Assembly: GCA_964635125.1 (NCBI GenBank)
Contig: CAZWMQ010000001.1
Location: 84,386 to 148,385, forward strand
Reading direction: 5' to 3'
Length of the DNA: 64,000 nt
Origin: an uncultured Candidatus Saccharibacteria bacterium
GTDB taxonomy: Bacteria; Patescibacteriota; Minisyncoccia; Phycocordibacterales; UBA5272
Positions 1 through 11,871 of the stretch are shown piece after piece. The translations under genes were made by a program, and so were the position numbers. The notes under the pieces were generated by a model. The model saw nothing but the letters and a program-made list of their open reading frames with translations. It did no database searches and was not told the DNA's origin. The first letter of the stretch is position 1. The number at the start of each line of letters is the position of its first letter.

Positions 1-86
1 AAAGCTGTTTTAATAATTGCTTTTATATTTTTAATACTATTATTTTTAGGTCTTCTATTTGGAAAATAATTTTTTAATAATTTAAA

Positions 87-122
87 TAAAAACCCCACCT
101 AATATTTAGGTGGGGTTTTTAA
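87..122. terminator. Intrinsic terminator hairpin downstream of rplT
   Basis: AAAAACCCCACCTAA-tat-TTAGGTGGGGTTTTT inverted repeat with A/T tails. Confidence 0.8.
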
Positions 123-124
123 AT

Positions 125-469
125 TTAGTTAACTTTCTTAACAATTTTCTTGAAAACTTCTTTATGATTAGTAGCAAGATCAGCCAAGATTTTACGATCA
201 AGCTTAATCTCTTTTTTCTTTAAAGCATTGATGAATTTACTATAAGTAGTTCCTAATTCTCTTAGTTCTGCATTCATTTTTACATTCCATAACTTTCGCA
301 TGTCGTTTTTCTTATCTTTACGATGAGCAAAAGCATGTGCTCCAGCTTTTCTTAGAGCTACCTTGGCTTCAACTTCTTTCTTACTTCGTCCAAATTGATA
401 ACCTTTGGCTTTTTTTAAGATATTTCGTCGTCTTTTCATTGCAATTTTATTACTTTTAACTCTTACCAT
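125..469 (-). CDS. rplT: 50S ribosomal protein L20
   Basis: MVRVK..AKGY..RKDKKNDMRKLW..LDRKILADLA; in infC-rpmI-rplT operon. Confidence 0.97.
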   Translation of the reverse strand: MVRVKSNKIAMKRRRNILKKAKGYQFGRSKKEVEAKVALRKAGAHAFAHRKDKKNDMRKLWNVKMNAELRELGTTYSKFINALKKKEIKLDRKILADLATNHKEVFKKIVKKVN

Positions 470-496
470 ATATTTATTTTTTATTTATTAAAATTA

Positions 497-694
497 TTAT
501 TTAGCTATCTTTAAACCAGGGAGGAATCTTCTTTTTTCTTTATTAGTCATAGTAAATTCTCGCATTTTCTTACCAGCTAATTGATCCACTCTTTTCTGGC
601 GAGAATTAAAGTGATTAAAACCTGGCTTTCGTCCTAAGATTTTACCATTTTTAGTTACTTTTAATCTTTTGGCTAAAGATTTATTAGTTTTCAT
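497..694 (-). CDS. rpmI: 50S ribosomal protein L35
   Basis: MKTNKSLAKRLKVTKNGKI; operon position. Confidence 0.95.
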   Translation of the reverse strand: MKTNKSLAKRLKVTKNGKILGRKPGFNHFNSRQKRVDQLAGKKMREFTMTNKEKRRFLPGLKIAK

Positions 695-765
695 AAATTT
701 TAAAATGTTTTTAAATTAGATAAATTAATATCTAATTTTCATTTAGTTATCAAATAATAGCATAA

Positions 766-1308
766 TTATTTGCTTTTTTCAAGCACCACAATGAAGGATT
801 TATTGCCAACTTTCTTAACTGGCTCAGCTATTTTATATTCAGCTGGAATAATCGCTAAGATTCTATCTAGACGGCTTCTTAAGAAATCCTGATCTAAGTA
901 TTTAGTTCTTCCTTTCAGTTGAAGCTCAATCTTAACTCGATGACCTTCTTTAAGCCAGACGGCAGCTCGTTTAGCTTTAACCATAATATCATTATCGCTA
1001 ATCTCCACACTGATCTGTATATTTTTAGTTTCCGAATTAACTTGTTTAGATTTAACTTCTTTTTTCTTTTTGCTTACTTCATAGGTATGCTTACCATAGT
1101 CAGATATTTTACAGATTGGAGGATTTACATTAGAAGTTATTTCAATTAAGTCTAACTTAGCTTCTTTAGCTAATCTTAGAGCTTCATCTTTAGAGAGCAC
1201 TCCAAGATTCTTACCATGTTGATCAATCACTCGCACCTCATATGCTCGTATTTGATCGTTAATGCTTACTTTATTATTTTTCTTACGGAAATTTTGATTA
1301 TCTATCAT
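766..1308 (-). CDS. infC: Translation initiation factor IF-3
   Basis: INDQIRAYEVRVID, LDLIEI, PPICKISDYGK. Confidence 0.96.
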   Translation of the reverse strand: MIDNQNFRKKNNKVSINDQIRAYEVRVIDQHGKNLGVLSKDEALRLAKEAKLDLIEITSNVNPPICKISDYGKHTYEVSKKKKEVKSKQVNSETKNIQISVEISDNDIMVKAKRAAVWLKEGHRVKIELQLKGRTKYLDQDFLRSRLDRILAIIPAEYKIAEPVKKVGNKSFIVVLEKSK

Positions 1309-1596
1309 TTAGTTATTTTGAGTTAGGGTAGGGGCTTCTTCTTTATTCTTAGATTTCCTAGCAATTAAGAAAATATAAATAATTTCTAAAATTCCTAAAG
1401 TATTTATTATTAAGAAGATTATAAATCAAACTTTATGATGATTACGAGCTGATTTTCAGAGAGCAATACCTTTTCAGATTAAGCTCCATATAATTAAGCA
1501 AATTACAATTATTAAGACGATTAATCCATATTGCTTAAAAAGATTAATTGTTAAATTCGCAGGTCCAGTTGAGAGATTGCTTGTTAGATTGTTCAT
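1309..1596 (-). CDS. DUF5652-family small membrane protein (95 aa, 3 TGA=Trp)
   Basis: Hand translation IWSLI*KGIAL*KSARNHHKV*FIIFLIINTLGILEIIYIF matches the family pattern with Trp at each TGA; absent from ORF track. Confidence 0.85.
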
Positions 1597-1692
1597 ATTG
1601 TTTATGGATTAAGTATAACATATACAAGCTATAAGTTCCAAGACACAAATACAAGTTTTAGGGCGGTTATATTTTTCTTGAAGCTTGTATCT

Positions 1693-1865
1693 TGGACGGG
1701 GAGTTGGTCACCACACATAGTCGTCATTTATTCCTCCTTGTGTCGCGACCCCGCTTCGCCGTCTCGCTCATTTTATTCGCGACTTCGTAGACGGCTCAGT
1801 TCAACCCCACCTCTCCCAATAAAATAAATCACTCGAAGCCTTGCTCCGAGTTCATTATTTTATAG
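1693..1865. repeat. tmRNA 3'-flanking structured element (same family as 52281-52476)
   Basis: GGTCACCA..CGACCCC, CTTCG hairpin, ATAAAATAAATCACTC..CCGAGTTCATTATTTTAT shared with the element behind tRNA-Ser. Confidence 0.75.
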
Positions 1866-2251
1866 TGGAAGTGGGGGGAGTCGAACCCCCGTGCAGATAG
1901 AGATTGTAAATGAGTCTAGTTTCATACTTAATTTTTTAAATTGTCGGCTAAATCTATTAAATTAAGAAAATAATTTAGCTTAGTTTTTTAGAGTTTCAAA
2001 ATTTTTAAAGAAAACTAATTTAAAAATTTCTACACACATTCTTTATAATATAGAAATCTTTACGATGTGTAAATAAAGAATCTATACCAAGGTGGCTTAA
2101 TTAAGCGGCCACTGGAGCGAAATTCGCCGAGAAAGGCGAAAGGATCGCTTTTGCAATTTTGTTTGCAATATATTTGAAAAGATTTAACGATTTATTTTCA
2201 TTATCGGAAACCACATTTACAAAGATCTAAGTGTCAAATCCTGACACTCCC
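1866..2251 (-). ncRNA. ssrA: tmRNA; tag reading frame 2166->2101 ANKIAKAILSPFSANFAPVAA*
   Basis: 5' GGGAGTGTCAGGATTTGAC, 3' GGGGGTTCGACTCCCCCCACTTCCA, tag ending in AA-TAA; smpB 1.5 kb away. Confidence 0.93.
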
Positions 2252-2488
2252 AGTTCAAGAAGCAGGAGACAAGCTTACAAGCTTCATATAATATATTATA
2301 TCATATTTTAATTTATTTGACAATACTTATAAAATATAATATAATGAATTTATAAGTTTATCTCTTATTCTAAATCTTAATATTATCTTAGTATTAAGAA
2401 AGTAAACATAATTTATTTATGATCTTAAAAGAAAGCGGGAGATTAGAAGTCCGGCTTAGATTTAGAAATTAAAGGACTGTAAATAAAT

Positions 2489-3751
2489 ATGTTTAAAAAA
2501 TCAAATAATCAAGGTGATTTTAAATCATCTAATAATTCTAATTATAGAAAATCAAAAAATAGAAATTCTTCTAGATCAAGCACAAGAGCAAACTTTAAAA
2601 ATGGAAATAGAAATAGTGGAAGAAGATTTGGAGGAAAGAAAAGATCAGTATTCAATGATATTAGTAAATTCATAAACAGAACAAATAATAAAGAAAATAA
2701 AAAAGAAGAAATATATATTCCAGAAAATACATTTACTTCTTTTAAGATTGATGAAAGATTAAAGCAAAATATTTCCGAAGCCGGGTATATAAATCCAACT
2801 ATTATTCAAGACAAATCTATAAATAGTATTTTAGATGGTAGTGATTTAGTAGGAATTGCTAATACTGGAACCGGAAAGACGGCGGCTTTTCTTTTACCAT
2901 TAATCGATAAAGTTTTAAAAAATAAAAAAGAGATGGTGATTATTCTTGCTCCAACCAGAGAATTAGCGGTTCAAATAAATAATGAATTTAAAAATTTTAC
3001 GAAAGGGTTAAAACTTTGGAGTATATGTTGTGTTGGCGGTATGCCAATTTATAATCAGATTAAAGATTTTAGATATGAGCATAATTTTGTAATTGGAACC
3101 CCGGGAAGATTAAAAGATCTTATTGATAGAAAAGTTTTAAATATAAAAGAATTTAAAACTATTGTGCTTGATGAATCAGATAGAATGTTAGATATGGGAT
3201 TTGTTAATGATATGAAATTTTTAATGAATGAAATGCCAAAGCCACATCAGACTATTTTCTTTTCAGCGACTGAAGCCAATGCCGTAAACAATATTATTAA
3301 GAACTTTTTAATTGATCCAGTATTTGTAAAAGTAAAGACTCGTGATACCGCAGAGTCTATAGATCAAGATGTTGTGTATATAAATGGAAAAGATAAATTA
3401 AATGTTTTACATGATTTACTTCTAAAACCAGAACTTGAAAAAGTTATTATTTTTGGAGCCACTAAATCTGGAGTTGATAGAATACATAAAAATTTAAAAA
3501 TCTTAGGGCATAATTCTATAGCTATTCATGGTGATAAAAGACCAAGAGAAAGAAATTTTGCACTCAAAATTTTTAAAGAAAATAAGGCAAATATTCTAAT
3601 TGCGACAGATGTGGCTGCTAGAGGTCTTGATGTGCCAAATGTTTCTCATGTGATTAATTATGATTTACCAGCCACATATGAAGACTATATCCATAGAATT
3701 GGTAGAACTGGAAGAGGGGGGAAATTAGGAAAAGCTTTGACTTTTGTGTAA
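2489..3751 (+). CDS. DEAD/DEAH-box RNA helicase (motif II reads DESD)
   Basis: ANTGTGKT, PTRELA, TPGRL, DESDRMLDMGF, SAT, HRIGRTGR. Confidence 0.95.
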   Translation: MFKKSNNQGDFKSSNNSNYRKSKNRNSSRSSTRANFKNGNRNSGRRFGGKKRSVFNDISKFINRTNNKENKKEEIYIPENTFTSFKIDERLKQNISEAGYINPTIIQDKSINSILDGSDLVGIANTGTGKTAAFLLPLIDKVLKNKKEMVIILAPTRELAVQINNEFKNFTKGLKLWSICCVGGMPIYNQIKDFRYEHNFVIGTPGRLKDLIDRKVLNIKEFKTIVLDESDRMLDMGFVNDMKFLMNEMPKPHQTIFFSATEANAVNNIIKNFLIDPVFVKVKTRDTAESIDQDVVYINGKDKLNVLHDLLLKPELEKVIIFGATKSGVDRIHKNLKILGHNSIAIHGDKRPRERNFALKIFKENKANILIATDVAARGLDVPNVSHVINYDLPATYEDYIHRIGRTGRGGKLGKALTFV

Positions 3752-3787
3752 TATAAATAAAATATCCTGTTTTGTGAGATGGTTTAT

Positions 3788-4216
3788 TTAAAGTTCTTTT
3801 TTCTCTCTCTCAAAATCTTTCTTTTTAATAGTTTCTCTTTTGTCTTGCTTATTTTTTCTTTTAGAAAGTCCAAGTTCTAATTTTAATAGCCCATGATCAG
3901 CAAATATTTTAATTGGTAAGATTGATAAGCCTTTCTCACTTTCAGTGGCTAATTTTAAGATTTCGGACTTTTTTAATAATAGTTTTCTAGTTCGGTCATT
4001 TTTAATTTTCTCACTATTTAAACTTTGTTGATATGGAGACACATTCATTCCAACAATAAAGGCTTCACCATCACGAATAATAATTTTCGCCCCAGTAATC
4101 TCGGCTTTGCTGTTCCTTACGGCTTTAACTTCATTCCCGGTTAATTGAATTCCAGAAATATATTTATCAACTATATGATAATTTAAGTGGATTTTTTTGT
4201 TTTCGACTAAAGACAT
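3788..4216 (-). CDS. smpB: SsrA-binding protein
   Basis: GIQLTGNEVKAVR, RTRKLLLKKSEI, DKRETIKKKD. Confidence 0.95.
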   Translation of the reverse strand: MSLVENKKIHLNYHIVDKYISGIQLTGNEVKAVRNSKAEITGAKIIIRDGEAFIVGMNVSPYQQSLNSEKIKNDRTRKLLLKKSEILKLATESEKGLSILPIKIFADHGLLKLELGLSKRKNKQDKRETIKKKDFEREKKEL

Positions 4217-4265
4217 AATTTAAAATTCATTTTATTATTTTAGCATAATGTGATAATATTTTGGA

Positions 4266-6206
4266 ATGATAAAAATACGAATTAAAAAGTCTAAATCTAA
4301 CGGTAAAGGCCCAAAAAAACCGAAAAAGTTATTAGCTCAGATCTTAAATATGATTATAGTGGTTTTACTAATTATAACTTCCTACTCCCTAATCTCCGGG
4401 TTAGTAAATGGCAATAATGATAGTAAAGTTATAAAAGTTTCTATGTCGGAATTAATAAAAGAAATTAATTTAAAAGTAAGTTTATTAAATCAAAATTCAA
4501 CTTCCTCGACCTCAACTATAAATGTATTAGTGGAAGGAGATAAAGTTACTTTAGAAAATAGCACTAATACTAAAATGGTTACTGAAAAAGAATCTAATGA
4601 GTCTTTTTTATCTATATTAAATAATTATAATGTAGCTACAGCAACTTTAAATAAGTTAAATATTACTATCAGTGATTCTTCTAAAGCTAATTTTCTATTA
4701 AATTTAATTCCAATACTTTTACCAACCATACTAATCTTTGTGTTTTTCTGGTTTTTACTGAGAGGGGTAAAGGGGGCAAATGGTCAAGCCATGTCATTTG
4801 GACAAACTAGAGCTAAGAAAATAGACCCAAATGATAATAAAAATAAAATTACTTTTAAAGATGTGGCTGGCAATAAAGAAGCTAAAATAGAATTAGAAGA
4901 AGTAGTAGACTTTCTAAAAAATCCTAAAAAATTTATTGAGATCGGTGCTGAAACTCCAAAAGGTGTCCTATTAATGGGAGCTCCTGGAACTGGAAAGACT
5001 TTACTAGCGAGAGCTGTAGCTGGAGAAGCCAAAGTGCCGTTTTATCATTTGTCCGGATCTGAGTTTGTCGAAATGTTTGTCGGAGTCGGAGCATCTCGGG
5101 TGCGAGATTTATTTAAAGAAGCTAAAAATCATTCCCCAGCTATAATCTTTATTGATGAAATCGATGCCGTTGGAAGATCTCGAGGAATTGGTTTAGGTGG
5201 TGGAAATGATGAACGAGAGCAAACTTTAAATCAGATCTTAGTGGAGATGGACGGCTTTGATCCAAATGAGAAATTAATCGTAATAGCTGCAACTAATCGA
5301 CCAGATGTATTAGATAAAGCTTTACTTCGTCCAGGGAGATTTGATAGACGGGTAACTTTAGATTTACCAGATCGAGAGAGCCGAAAGGAAATTCTAGAAG
5401 TGCATAAAAAGAAAAAGTTAATAGCTAAAGATGTTAATTTAATGATTATTGCTGAGAGAACGGTTGGATTTTCTGGAGCAGACTTGGCATCAGTTATGAA
5501 TGAAGCCGCAATCTTAACCGCGATTGAAAATAGAAAAGAAATAACCCAGAATGATTTAATAAGAAGTGTAGAGAAAGTAATGCTTGGTCCAGAAAGAAAA
5601 TCTCATATTTTATCAATAGAAGAAAAAAAGAAAACTGCTTATCATGAAGCCGGTCATGCCCTAGTTGCTTCCTTACTTCCTAACGCTGACCCAGTTCATA
5701 AGATCTCAATTATTCCAAGAGGTAATGCCGGAGGATATACTTTAAAATTAGCATTAGACGATAAGAAATTATTAACTAAGAATAACTTTATTGATGATTT
5801 AGCAATGATTTATGGTGGATATGCGACAGAAATAATTGTTTATGGCGATGTTTCTACTGGACCATCTGGAGATTTACAAGCGGCTTCTAATTTAGCTAAA
5901 GAAATGGTGATGAGATATGGAATGAGTGAATTAGTTGGACCATTCGCTATTGAAAATGATAATCAGAAAGTCATCTATGGCAATTTAGAAGATTCTCGGA
6001 ATATTATGGGGATAGAGTTAGCTAATATAGTTGATAAAGAAATCCAAAAATTATGTCAGGATGGATTAAATACAGCTAAAAAGTTAGTTAATGAGAATCG
6101 GGAATTATTAGAAAGAATTACTAAAGAATTGTTAGATAAAGAGACCATTGAGAGAGCCGAGTTTGAAGAAATTTTAAAAGAATTTAAGATTGAGATTAAG
6201 AAATAA
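4266..6206 (+). CDS. ftsH: ATP-dependent zinc metalloprotease FtsH
   Basis: Two TM helices, [20 protein letters not shown]. Confidence 0.97.
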   Translation: MIKIRIKKSKSNGKGPKKPKKLLAQILNMIIVVLLIITSYSLISGLVNGNNDSKVIKVSMSELIKEINLKVSLLNQNSTSSTSTINVLVEGDKVTLENSTNTKMVTEKESNESFLSILNNYNVATATLNKLNITISDSSKANFLLNLIPILLPTILIFVFFWFLLRGVKGANGQAMSFGQTRAKKIDPNDNKNKITFKDVAGNKEAKIELEEVVDFLKNPKKFIEIGAETPKGVLLMGAPGTGKTLLARAVAGEAKVPFYHLSGSEFVEMFVGVGASRVRDLFKEAKNHSPAIIFIDEIDAVGRSRGIGLGGGNDEREQTLNQILVEMDGFDPNEKLIVIAATNRPDVLDKALLRPGRFDRRVTLDLPDRESRKEILEVHKKKKLIAKDVNLMIIAERTVGFSGADLASVMNEAAILTAIENRKEITQNDLIRSVEKVMLGPERKSHILSIEEKKKTAYHEAGHALVASLLPNADPVHKISIIPRGNAGGYTLKLALDDKKLLTKNNFIDDLAMIYGGYATEIIVYGDVSTGPSGDLQAASNLAKEMVMRYGMSELVGPFAIENDNQKVIYGNLEDSRNIMGIELANIVDKEIQKLCQDGLNTAKKLVNENRELLERITKELLDKETIERAEFEEILKEFKIEIKK

Positions 6207-6261
6207 AAATCATTTTCATTTTCAATTTAAAAATGTTAAAATAGTTTTAATTTAAATATTT

Positions 6262-6900
6262 ATGATAATTACTCATTTTAATAAGCAACATTTTAAGATC
6301 CAGCTTGGAGATTTAACTATTGCTATTAATCCAGTCTCAAAGGATTCTAAAGAGGTTACTAATAAATATGGAGCGGATATTGTTTTACAAACTACTAATC
6401 ATTATGATTATAATGGAGCAGATTTAATGAGTTATGGTGAAAGAGAGCCATTTGTAATATCAGGTCCGGGAGAATATGAAGTTAAAGATATATTAGTAAA
6501 AGGATTTGGAACCGAAGTTATTATGAATAATAATAATAAAAAAACTACTTATCAAAATACTTCTTATATTTTTGATGTTGATAATATGAAGCTTTGTTTT
6601 TTAGGAAACCTTAAGCAAGAGTTAGCTCCGGAGCAAAGGGAAATAATTGATGAGGTAGATATTTTATTTGTCCCAGTCTCTGGAACTGAGGAATCACTTA
6701 ATGCTTACGAAGCTAATAAATTAGCCACTAAATTAGAACCAAAATTAATTATTCCAATGGATTATAATAATGAATCTTTAAAATTATTTTTAAAAGAAGC
6801 CGGAACTGATTTAAAGGATGTTCAGAAAGTAGAGAAATTAACTATCAAGAGAAAAGATATTGAAGATAAACAAGGAGAAATGGTTTTATTTAAGTTATAA
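6262..6900 (+). CDS. MBL-fold metallo-hydrolase-like protein (metal ligands look degenerate)
   Basis: GPGEYEVK, DEVDILFVPV, LEPKLIIPM. Confidence 0.75.
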   Translation: MIITHFNKQHFKIQLGDLTIAINPVSKDSKEVTNKYGADIVLQTTNHYDYNGADLMSYGEREPFVISGPGEYEVKDILVKGFGTEVIMNNNNKKTTYQNTSYIFDVDNMKLCFLGNLKQELAPEQREIIDEVDILFVPVSGTEESLNAYEANKLATKLEPKLIIPMDYNNESLKLFLKEAGTDLKDVQKVEKLTIKRKDIEDKQGEMVLFKL

Positions 6901-6924
6901 TATAATTAGTGTATTAATTTAAAT

Positions 6925-7263
6925 ATGGCTAATTTTATTAAAGAATATTTCAATCAATTACATCATAGCGATGAGAAGACTAAACATCGTTCGGCTTTGA
7001 CTATGGCTGTGATTGCTTCGGTAATAATTTTATCAATTATATTTTTATTTATAAAAGATAGCTTTTTATCTATTTCTAAAAAATCAAATTCAGTAAATAA
7101 TCAGACAACTATGTCCAAAGACAATATAGAGTCTCCAATCCAAGCATTTTCTTCATTTTTTAGCGAAGCCGGGAAGCAATTTTCAAAAGCTAAAGATTTA
7201 TTTAAAGATGTATCTAATTTAAAAAATAAAGATAGCCTCCAAAATAGCACTAATAATCAATAG
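6925..7263 (+). CDS. Hypothetical single-TM protein
   Basis: ORF with one hydrophobic helix. Confidence 0.6.
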   Translation: MANFIKEYFNQLHHSDEKTKHRSALTMAVIASVIILSIIFLFIKDSFLSISKKSNSVNNQTTMSKDNIESPIQAFSSFFSEAGKQFSKAKDLFKDVSNLKNKDSLQNSTNNQ

Positions 7264-7376
7264 TAAATTGGCTTGTTTTATTTGAAAAAATACTTTTAAA
7301 ATGGTATAATTTGTTTATAAATTATTATAAATCTAACTAATAAGTTAGATTGTAATTTTCAAATTTAATTTAAAAT

Positions 7377-9860
7377 ATGGCTAAAAAAGATTTAAATAGT
7401 AATCAAGATAAAATCGAAGAAAATAATGAAAATACCCATAATAAAGTAGTAGAAATTGATATTTCTTCTGAGATGAAACAAAGTTATATTAATTATGCGA
7501 TGAGTGTGATTACTGATCGAGCTTTACCGGATGCGAAAGATGGGTTAAAGCCAGTGCATCGTCGAATACTTTACTCAATGCATCAGAATGGATTAACTTC
7601 TTCAGCAAGATTTAAAAAGTCAGCCACAGTAGTTGGAGATGTGCTCGGATCATATCATCCACATGGAGATGCTTCAGTTTACGATGCCATGGTTAATTTG
7701 GCTCAAGATTTTAAAACTCGCTACCCATTAATCTGGGGTCAAGGTAACTTTGGAAATATTGATGGAGATGGGGCGGCGGCTTATCGTTATACCGAGGCGA
7801 AAATGTCTAAGATAACTGGAGAAGTTTTGCGAGATATTGAAAAAGACACAGTCGATATGAAGGCTAACTTTGACGGAACTAAAAAAGAGCCAGCGGTTTT
7901 ACCGACCGCAGTACCTAATTTATTATTAAATGGAACACTTGGAATTGCTGTGGGAATGGCCACAAATATTCCACCACATAATCTTGGAGAAATTGTCGAA
8001 GCCACTACTCAATTAATTGATAATCCAGATTTAACTACGGAAGATTTATGTGAATTTGTAAAAGGGCCTGATTTTCCAACCGGAGCAGTAATCTATGGTA
8101 AGAATGATATTATTCACACTTATGCGACAGGAAGAGGAGGAATTGTTACCCGTGGCGAAGCAGAAATTGTGGAAATGAAAAATGGTAATTTACAGATTGT
8201 AATTACCTCGATTCCATTTCGAGTGGTTAAATCAACTTTGATAGAGAAAATCGCTGATTTAGTTCAAGAAAAAAAGATTGAAGGAATTAAAGGTCTTCGA
8301 GATGAATCAGCTAAAGACATAAGAATCGTGATTGATTTAAAAAGTGGGGTTGAACCTAAGAAAGTTTTAAATTATATTTATAAACACACTCAATTAGAAG
8401 ACACTTTTCATGTTAACTTAGTAGCTCTTGTAGATGGAGTTCCTCAGACTTTAAATTTAAAATCAGCTTTAAATGAATTTATTATTCATCGCAAGGTTGT
8501 AGTTAAAAGAAGAACTGAATTTGAACTTCGAAAAGCTGAAGGGAGAGAACATATTTTATTAGGTCTTAAAAAAGCTCTCGATCATATTGATGAGATTATT
8601 AAATTAATCAGAAAGTCTAAGTCAGTAGAAGAAGCTCATGCTGAACTAATGAAGCAATTTAAATTTACTCAAATTCAAGCTCAAGCAATTTTAGATATGA
8701 AGCTTCAGCGATTGGCTGGACTAGAAAGGAAAAAGATCGAAGATGAGTTGAAAGAAGTTCAAGAAGCAATTGCTGAATTAAAGGCAATCTTAGCTAGTGA
8801 GAAAAAGATGTTAAAAATTATTAAAGATGAATTAGTTGAGATTAAAGATAAATACGCTGATGAGAGACGAACTAAGGTTATGGCTAATAAAGCTAAAGAG
8901 TTTAATCCAGAAGATTTAATTACCGAGAAAGAAGCAGTCTTAATCTATACAGCAGGTGGATATGTTAAAAGAACTGATCCAGATGAATTTAAAACTCAAA
9001 AGCGAGGCGGAGTTGGAGTCGTCGATATGAATACTAAAGAGGAAGATTTTATCACAATATCTTTAACTACCAGCACACATTCGGATTTACTATTCTTTAC
9101 TGATAAAGGTAAAGTTTATCAGATTAAGATGTATGATATTCCAGAAGGTCGACGAGCTACAAGAGGTAAAAGTATTATGAATTATTTATCTATCGCAAGC
9201 GACGAGAAAGTTACTAGTATTTTACCAATGCCAAAAGATATTAAGAATACTAAAGCTTCTCTCGTTATGATTACAAAAGACGGGACAATTAAAAAGTCCT
9301 CTGCCGAGAGTTTTAAAGATGTTCGACGAAGTGGATTAATTGCGATAAAGTTAGCGGATAAAGATGTTTTGTTATCAGCTCTATTTGTAGAAGCCGGAGA
9401 TGATATTATTTTGACTTCTTCCGAAGGTCAATCTATCAGATTCGCTGAGAAAGACGTTCGCGAAATGGGTAGAACAGCAACTGGTGTTCGAGGAATGAAA
9501 TTAGACAAGAATGATAATATTGCCGCTAGCGATGTAATTAAGAAAGATCTTGGAAGTAAAGCTAAATTATTGGTAGGAACTGAAAAAGGTTATGGAAAAA
9601 TGACTAAGTTAACGGAGTATAAAACACAAGGGCGAGGAGGTAGCGGAATGAAGACCGTATCCGTTACTGAAAAGACTGGTAAATTAATTATGGCGAAAGT
9701 CATTTATGATGAAAGTAATGAAATCTTAGCTATCTCGCGACATTCCCAAGTTATTAAGACTAGTTTAGAAACTATCCCAACCTTAGGACGAGCGACTCAA
9801 GGAGTTCGAATTATGAAATTACGAGAAGGGGATACCGTAGCTAGTTTAGCCGTTTTATAA
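7377..9860 (+). CDS. gyrA: DNA gyrase subunit A
   Basis: [22 protein letters not shown], GyrA-box QKRGGVG, C-terminal pinwheel repeats. Confidence 0.98.
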   Translation: MAKKDLNSNQDKIEENNENTHNKVVEIDISSEMKQSYINYAMSVITDRALPDAKDGLKPVHRRILYSMHQNGLTSSARFKKSATVVGDVLGSYHPHGDASVYDAMVNLAQDFKTRYPLIWGQGNFGNIDGDGAAAYRYTEAKMSKITGEVLRDIEKDTVDMKANFDGTKKEPAVLPTAVPNLLLNGTLGIAVGMATNIPPHNLGEIVEATTQLIDNPDLTTEDLCEFVKGPDFPTGAVIYGKNDIIHTYATGRGGIVTRGEAEIVEMKNGNLQIVITSIPFRVVKSTLIEKIADLVQEKKIEGIKGLRDESAKDIRIVIDLKSGVEPKKVLNYIYKHTQLEDTFHVNLVALVDGVPQTLNLKSALNEFIIHRKVVVKRRTEFELRKAEGREHILLGLKKALDHIDEIIKLIRKSKSVEEAHAELMKQFKFTQIQAQAILDMKLQRLAGLERKKIEDELKEVQEAIAELKAILASEKKMLKIIKDELVEIKDKYADERRTKVMANKAKEFNPEDLITEKEAVLIYTAGGYVKRTDPDEFKTQKRGGVGVVDMNTKEEDFITISLTTSTHSDLLFFTDKGKVYQIKMYDIPEGRRATRGKSIMNYLSIASDEKVTSILPMPKDIKNTKASLVMITKDGTIKKSSAESFKDVRRSGLIAIKLADKDVLLSALFVEAGDDIILTSSEGQSIRFAEKDVREMGRTATGVRGMKLDKNDNIAASDVIKKDLGSKAKLLVGTEKGYGKMTKLTEYKTQGRGGSGMKTVSVTEKTGKLIMAKVIYDESNEILAISRHSQVIKTSLETIPTLGRATQGVRIMKLREGDTVASLAVL

Positions 9861-9950
9861 TTCTAGAAAATATGATTATTTAAACTCTATTGGTAATAAT
9901 AGAGTTTATTTATTTTATAATTTTTCTTATGTTAAAATATAATTATAAAT

Positions 9951-10472
9951 ATGTTTATTTCCCCAATAGAAATTATTCAAAATTTAGATTTAAAAGAGGG
10001 AATGAAAGTTGCCGATTGTGGAAGTGGGACTGGAGCTTATGTTTTTCCTATCTCTGGAATTGTTGGAGCAGGCGGAAAAGTTTATGCGATTGATAAGGAT
10101 ATTAATATTTTAGATAAGATAAATCGTGAAGCCGAAAAGGGTAAGATTGAAAATATAGATACTATCTTAGGAAATTTAGAAGAAAAGATACCAATTCCAG
10201 AAGAAGAATGTGATTTTATAATTTTATCTAATGTTCTCTCAGAAGTACATAATCTTGAAAGAGTAATTTTAGAAATTAAAAGAATTTTAAAAGATAATGG
10301 ACAAGTTTTAATTATCGACTGGAAAAATAATAATCTAGGTTTAAATATTAAAAGAAGAGGTTTGATTGAGGAGGAGAAATTAGTAGCAATTTTAGCCAAT
10401 AATAATTTAGAAATCAAAAAACATATTCCAGCTGGTGATTATCACTATGCTTTTTTAGTAGAAAAGTTTTAA
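9951..10472 (+). CDS. Class I SAM-dependent methyltransferase
   Basis: VADCGSGTG, GKVYAID, RILKDNGQVLIIDW. Confidence 0.88.
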   Translation: MFISPIEIIQNLDLKEGMKVADCGSGTGAYVFPISGIVGAGGKVYAIDKDINILDKINREAEKGKIENIDTILGNLEEKIPIPEEECDFIILSNVLSEVHNLERVILEIKRILKDNGQVLIIDWKNNNLGLNIKRRGLIEEEKLVAILANNNLEIKKHIPAGDYHYAFLVEKF

Positions 10473-10509
10473 TTTAATTATGATATAATTTCTTATATCA
10501 TAATTTAGT

Positions 10510-11868
10510 ATGAATTTTTCTAGATTTTTAAATTTTAAAGGAATTATAATTGGAGTGGCTTTATTTTCAGTGATTATCGCAGTTCTAGGATTTTCTGGGA
10601 AGATTCCAATTTTTAATTCGACGGCTAAACAGAAATTAACTGGGACTTTACAAGTCTGAGGGACAATTCCTCAGGAAGCTATGAATGGTTTTGTTGATAA
10701 TTTTGATAAGACTGCCAAGACCTATAATATGGTTTATACCGAAGTCAAAGAAAAAGATATTAATCAGAAATTAATTTTAGCCTTAGCTGATGGATATGCT
10801 CCGGATCTATTAATTACACCGTCGGAAGTGGTCTTTGCTAATCAGAATAGATTATTACCAATTTCTAAGACTACTATAACTGAGACTGATTTTCGAAATT
10901 TATTTATCGATGGAGCTTCAATTTTGATTGATAGTAGTGGGTATTTAGGCTTACCATTATCTATAGATCCTCTAGTTCTTTATTATAATCGAGATATTTT
11001 ATCAAGTAATGGTTTTTCAGATCCTCCATTATACTGAGGTGATCTTTATAATTATGATACAAAAATTACCAAAAAAGATGATAGCGGTAATATAACGATG
11101 TCAACAATTGCTTTTGGAACTTATAATAATATTCCTAATATTACAGATACTATTATTGCTATGATTATGCAACAAGGTCAAACTCCAATTGATAGAAATT
11201 TTGTGAAAGATTCAGTCGGTAATTATTCAGTAGGTTATCAAGTTAATTTTAATACCGCAGTTAAGGAAGGTAATATTTCTCCATTAAATTCGGCTTTAGC
11301 TTTTACAAAAGATTTCTCGGACTCTTTAAAACCAGTCTATAATTGGGATATTACCAAAAGAAATGCTTTATCAGAATTTATTTCTGGAAATTTAGCTTTT
11401 TATGTTGGTTTTGCTTCGGAGGCTAATTATATTAAAAGCGCTAATCAAAAATTATATTTTGACTATACAACGATTCCGCAAATAGATGGTAATAATTTAA
11501 AGACTACTTATGGTAATCTTTATACTATTTCTATGTTGAAGACAAGCCCTAATCAAAATCTAGCTTATCAAGTAATGGTGGCTTTAGCTACGGGAGAATT
11601 TAGTCAATATTTAGTACCTTTAACCGGAGGAGTTTCAGCTTTAAAGGTTAATATTACTCAAGGTATACAAAGTGGAGATCATACCGCTTCTGTTTTTGGG
11701 TCTTCTGCTTTGATTGCTAAGACATTTTACGATTTACATAGAGATAATTTAGAGAGTTTAATGGCCAGAGCTATTAATCAGATTTATAGTGGGGAGAAGA
11801 GTACAGTTGAAGCAGCCAATGATTTAACAGATCAATTACAAACAGTTTACAATAATATTAATCAATAA
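10510..11868 (+). CDS. Extracellular solute-binding protein (452 aa; TGA=Trp at 10657, 11035)
   Basis: N-terminal TM, LQV*GT, LPLSIDPLVLYYNRD, PPLY*; fragments are in one frame. Confidence 0.85.
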
Positions 11869-11871
11869 AAT

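Noticed and set aside
1693-1893. Intron-containing or permuted tRNA / two-piece tmRNA
   Set aside because: The tmRNA is complete and one-piece at 1866-2251; the flanking element lacks D and anticodon arms
3160-3200. DESD instead of DEAD in the helicase
   Set aside because: Within normal DExD variation; the other motifs are intact
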